A DNA stretch of 64,000 bases from Malacoraja senta. Its lineage: Eukaryota. The notes under the pieces are model-generated. The model did no database searches, was not told the origin of the DNA, and was given only the letters and a program-made list of their open reading frames with translations. Of the stretch, positions 63,324 to 64,000 are shown one piece after another. The stretch spans positions 1 through 64,000 of the forward strand of contig JAXLNO010000087.1 in NCBI GenBank assembly GCA_038087875.1, in the 5' to 3' direction. Numbering within the stretch: the first letter of the stretch is position 1; each line of letters begins with the position of its first letter. Both the position numbers and the translations under genes were made by a program.

Positions 63324-63491
63324 CCGGAGGTTCATCCTGGGAACTGTTGGCCATTTAAAGGCTCCCAAGGCTTTGTTGTCATCGAGCTTGCTGTCCGGAT
63401 CAGGCCAACAGCCTTTACCCAAGAGCACATTCCAAGATCCATTTCTCCGCATGGATCAATTAGAAGTGCCCCTCAAGATTTCTCTGTTTAT
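63324..63491 (+). pseudogene. SUN2: SUN-domain core exon
   Basis: ttgcag|CCG...TAT|gtgagt, 168 nt; PEVHPGNCWPFKGSQGFVVIELAVRIRPTAFTQEHIPRSISPHGSIRSAPQDFSVY. Confidence 0.95.
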
Positions 63492-64000
63492 GTGAGTGAA
63501 ACGTATAGAATATGAGTGAATGTTTGGGAACCATGGTGTTTGTGTGGAGCATGCTGCTGAACATGGCGAGGCTTTCTTGGACATTGGATTCCATGTTCAG
63601 GGTCCCGAGTGGTCTCACAATCCACGTCAATCACATTAACAAGTTCTGTTAAAAAATGAGTACAGTCCACATATACAGTCCAGTCCAGAACAATAATCCC
63701 TCAAATAGAAGGCCCTCTAATATAATCTTCAATCTTCCATGCTACACAAGTTGCTCATACTGGTGTTTGAACTGTGATTCTGGGTTTTCACTGACTTCAC
63801 TGAGTTTTGTCACTTTATTGGACAATCCTCAACACTGCTAACCACAAAAGCTTTATACAGTGATGAAGCAACTTTACAACCAATAGATGAGATTAAAGTT
63901 AACACTACACATACTAGGGACAATTTTTATGCCAAATTCTTTCCTGAGTGGGGGTGAACAATTCTTCACTGGTATTCTCTCAGGATTGAGGATGACTTGC

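Larger units (their letters stand above)
28231..63491 (+). pseudogene. SUN2: SUN2-like (SUN-domain inner nuclear membrane protein) gene, probably pseudogenised; continues past right edge
   Basis: 14 collinear GT-AG exons in SUN2-like order: N-terminus, SGYSS motif, YWWxGTxWY motif, TM, coiled coils, SUN domain. Four frameshifts, a TGA, a duplicated exon pair and a LINE-split exon. Orthology versus paralogy to SUN2 is untested. Confidence 0.85.

Noticed and set aside
63984..64000. Possible next SUN exon (cag|G ATT GAG GAT GAC TTG, IEDDL, like SUN2 GFDEDL)
   Set aside because: Only 17 nt visible and out of phase with the preceding exon; cannot be supported without the next window.

Overview
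Eukaryotic, repeat-rich vertebrate DNA. The repeat complement (V-domain tRNA SINEs of HE1 type, CR1 and Rex1 LINEs, Neptune-type Penelope-like elements) suggests a cartilaginous fish such as a skate or ray; this is an inference. Two multi-exon loci lie head-to-head. (1) On the minus strand is an apparently intact PRDM9: eight phase-compatible coding exons from 18664 to 1578 encode KRAB, SSXRD, zinc knuckle and a PR/SET domain with all three catalytic tyrosines. The zinc-finger exon lies beyond the left edge and the start-codon exon was not identified. A TATA/E-box/MYB/NRF1 CpG promoter sits at about 20.6-21.0 kb, and a decayed partial PRDM9 duplicate at 22.1-24.1 kb. (2) On the plus strand is a SUN2-like LINC-complex gene (28231 to beyond 63491) that looks pseudogenised: several frameshifts, a premature stop, a 4-kb internal tandem duplication, and a young CR1 LINE inserted inside a SUN-domain exon. 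Introns contain nested transposons: Penelope-like elements with minimal hammerhead-ribozyme motifs and target-site duplications (TSDs), a hAT with a 450-bp internal palindrome, a Helitron, and many miniature fold-back Penelope insertions. Most ORF-track entries are TE fragments or spurious. All identifications come from manual reading; no searches were run.
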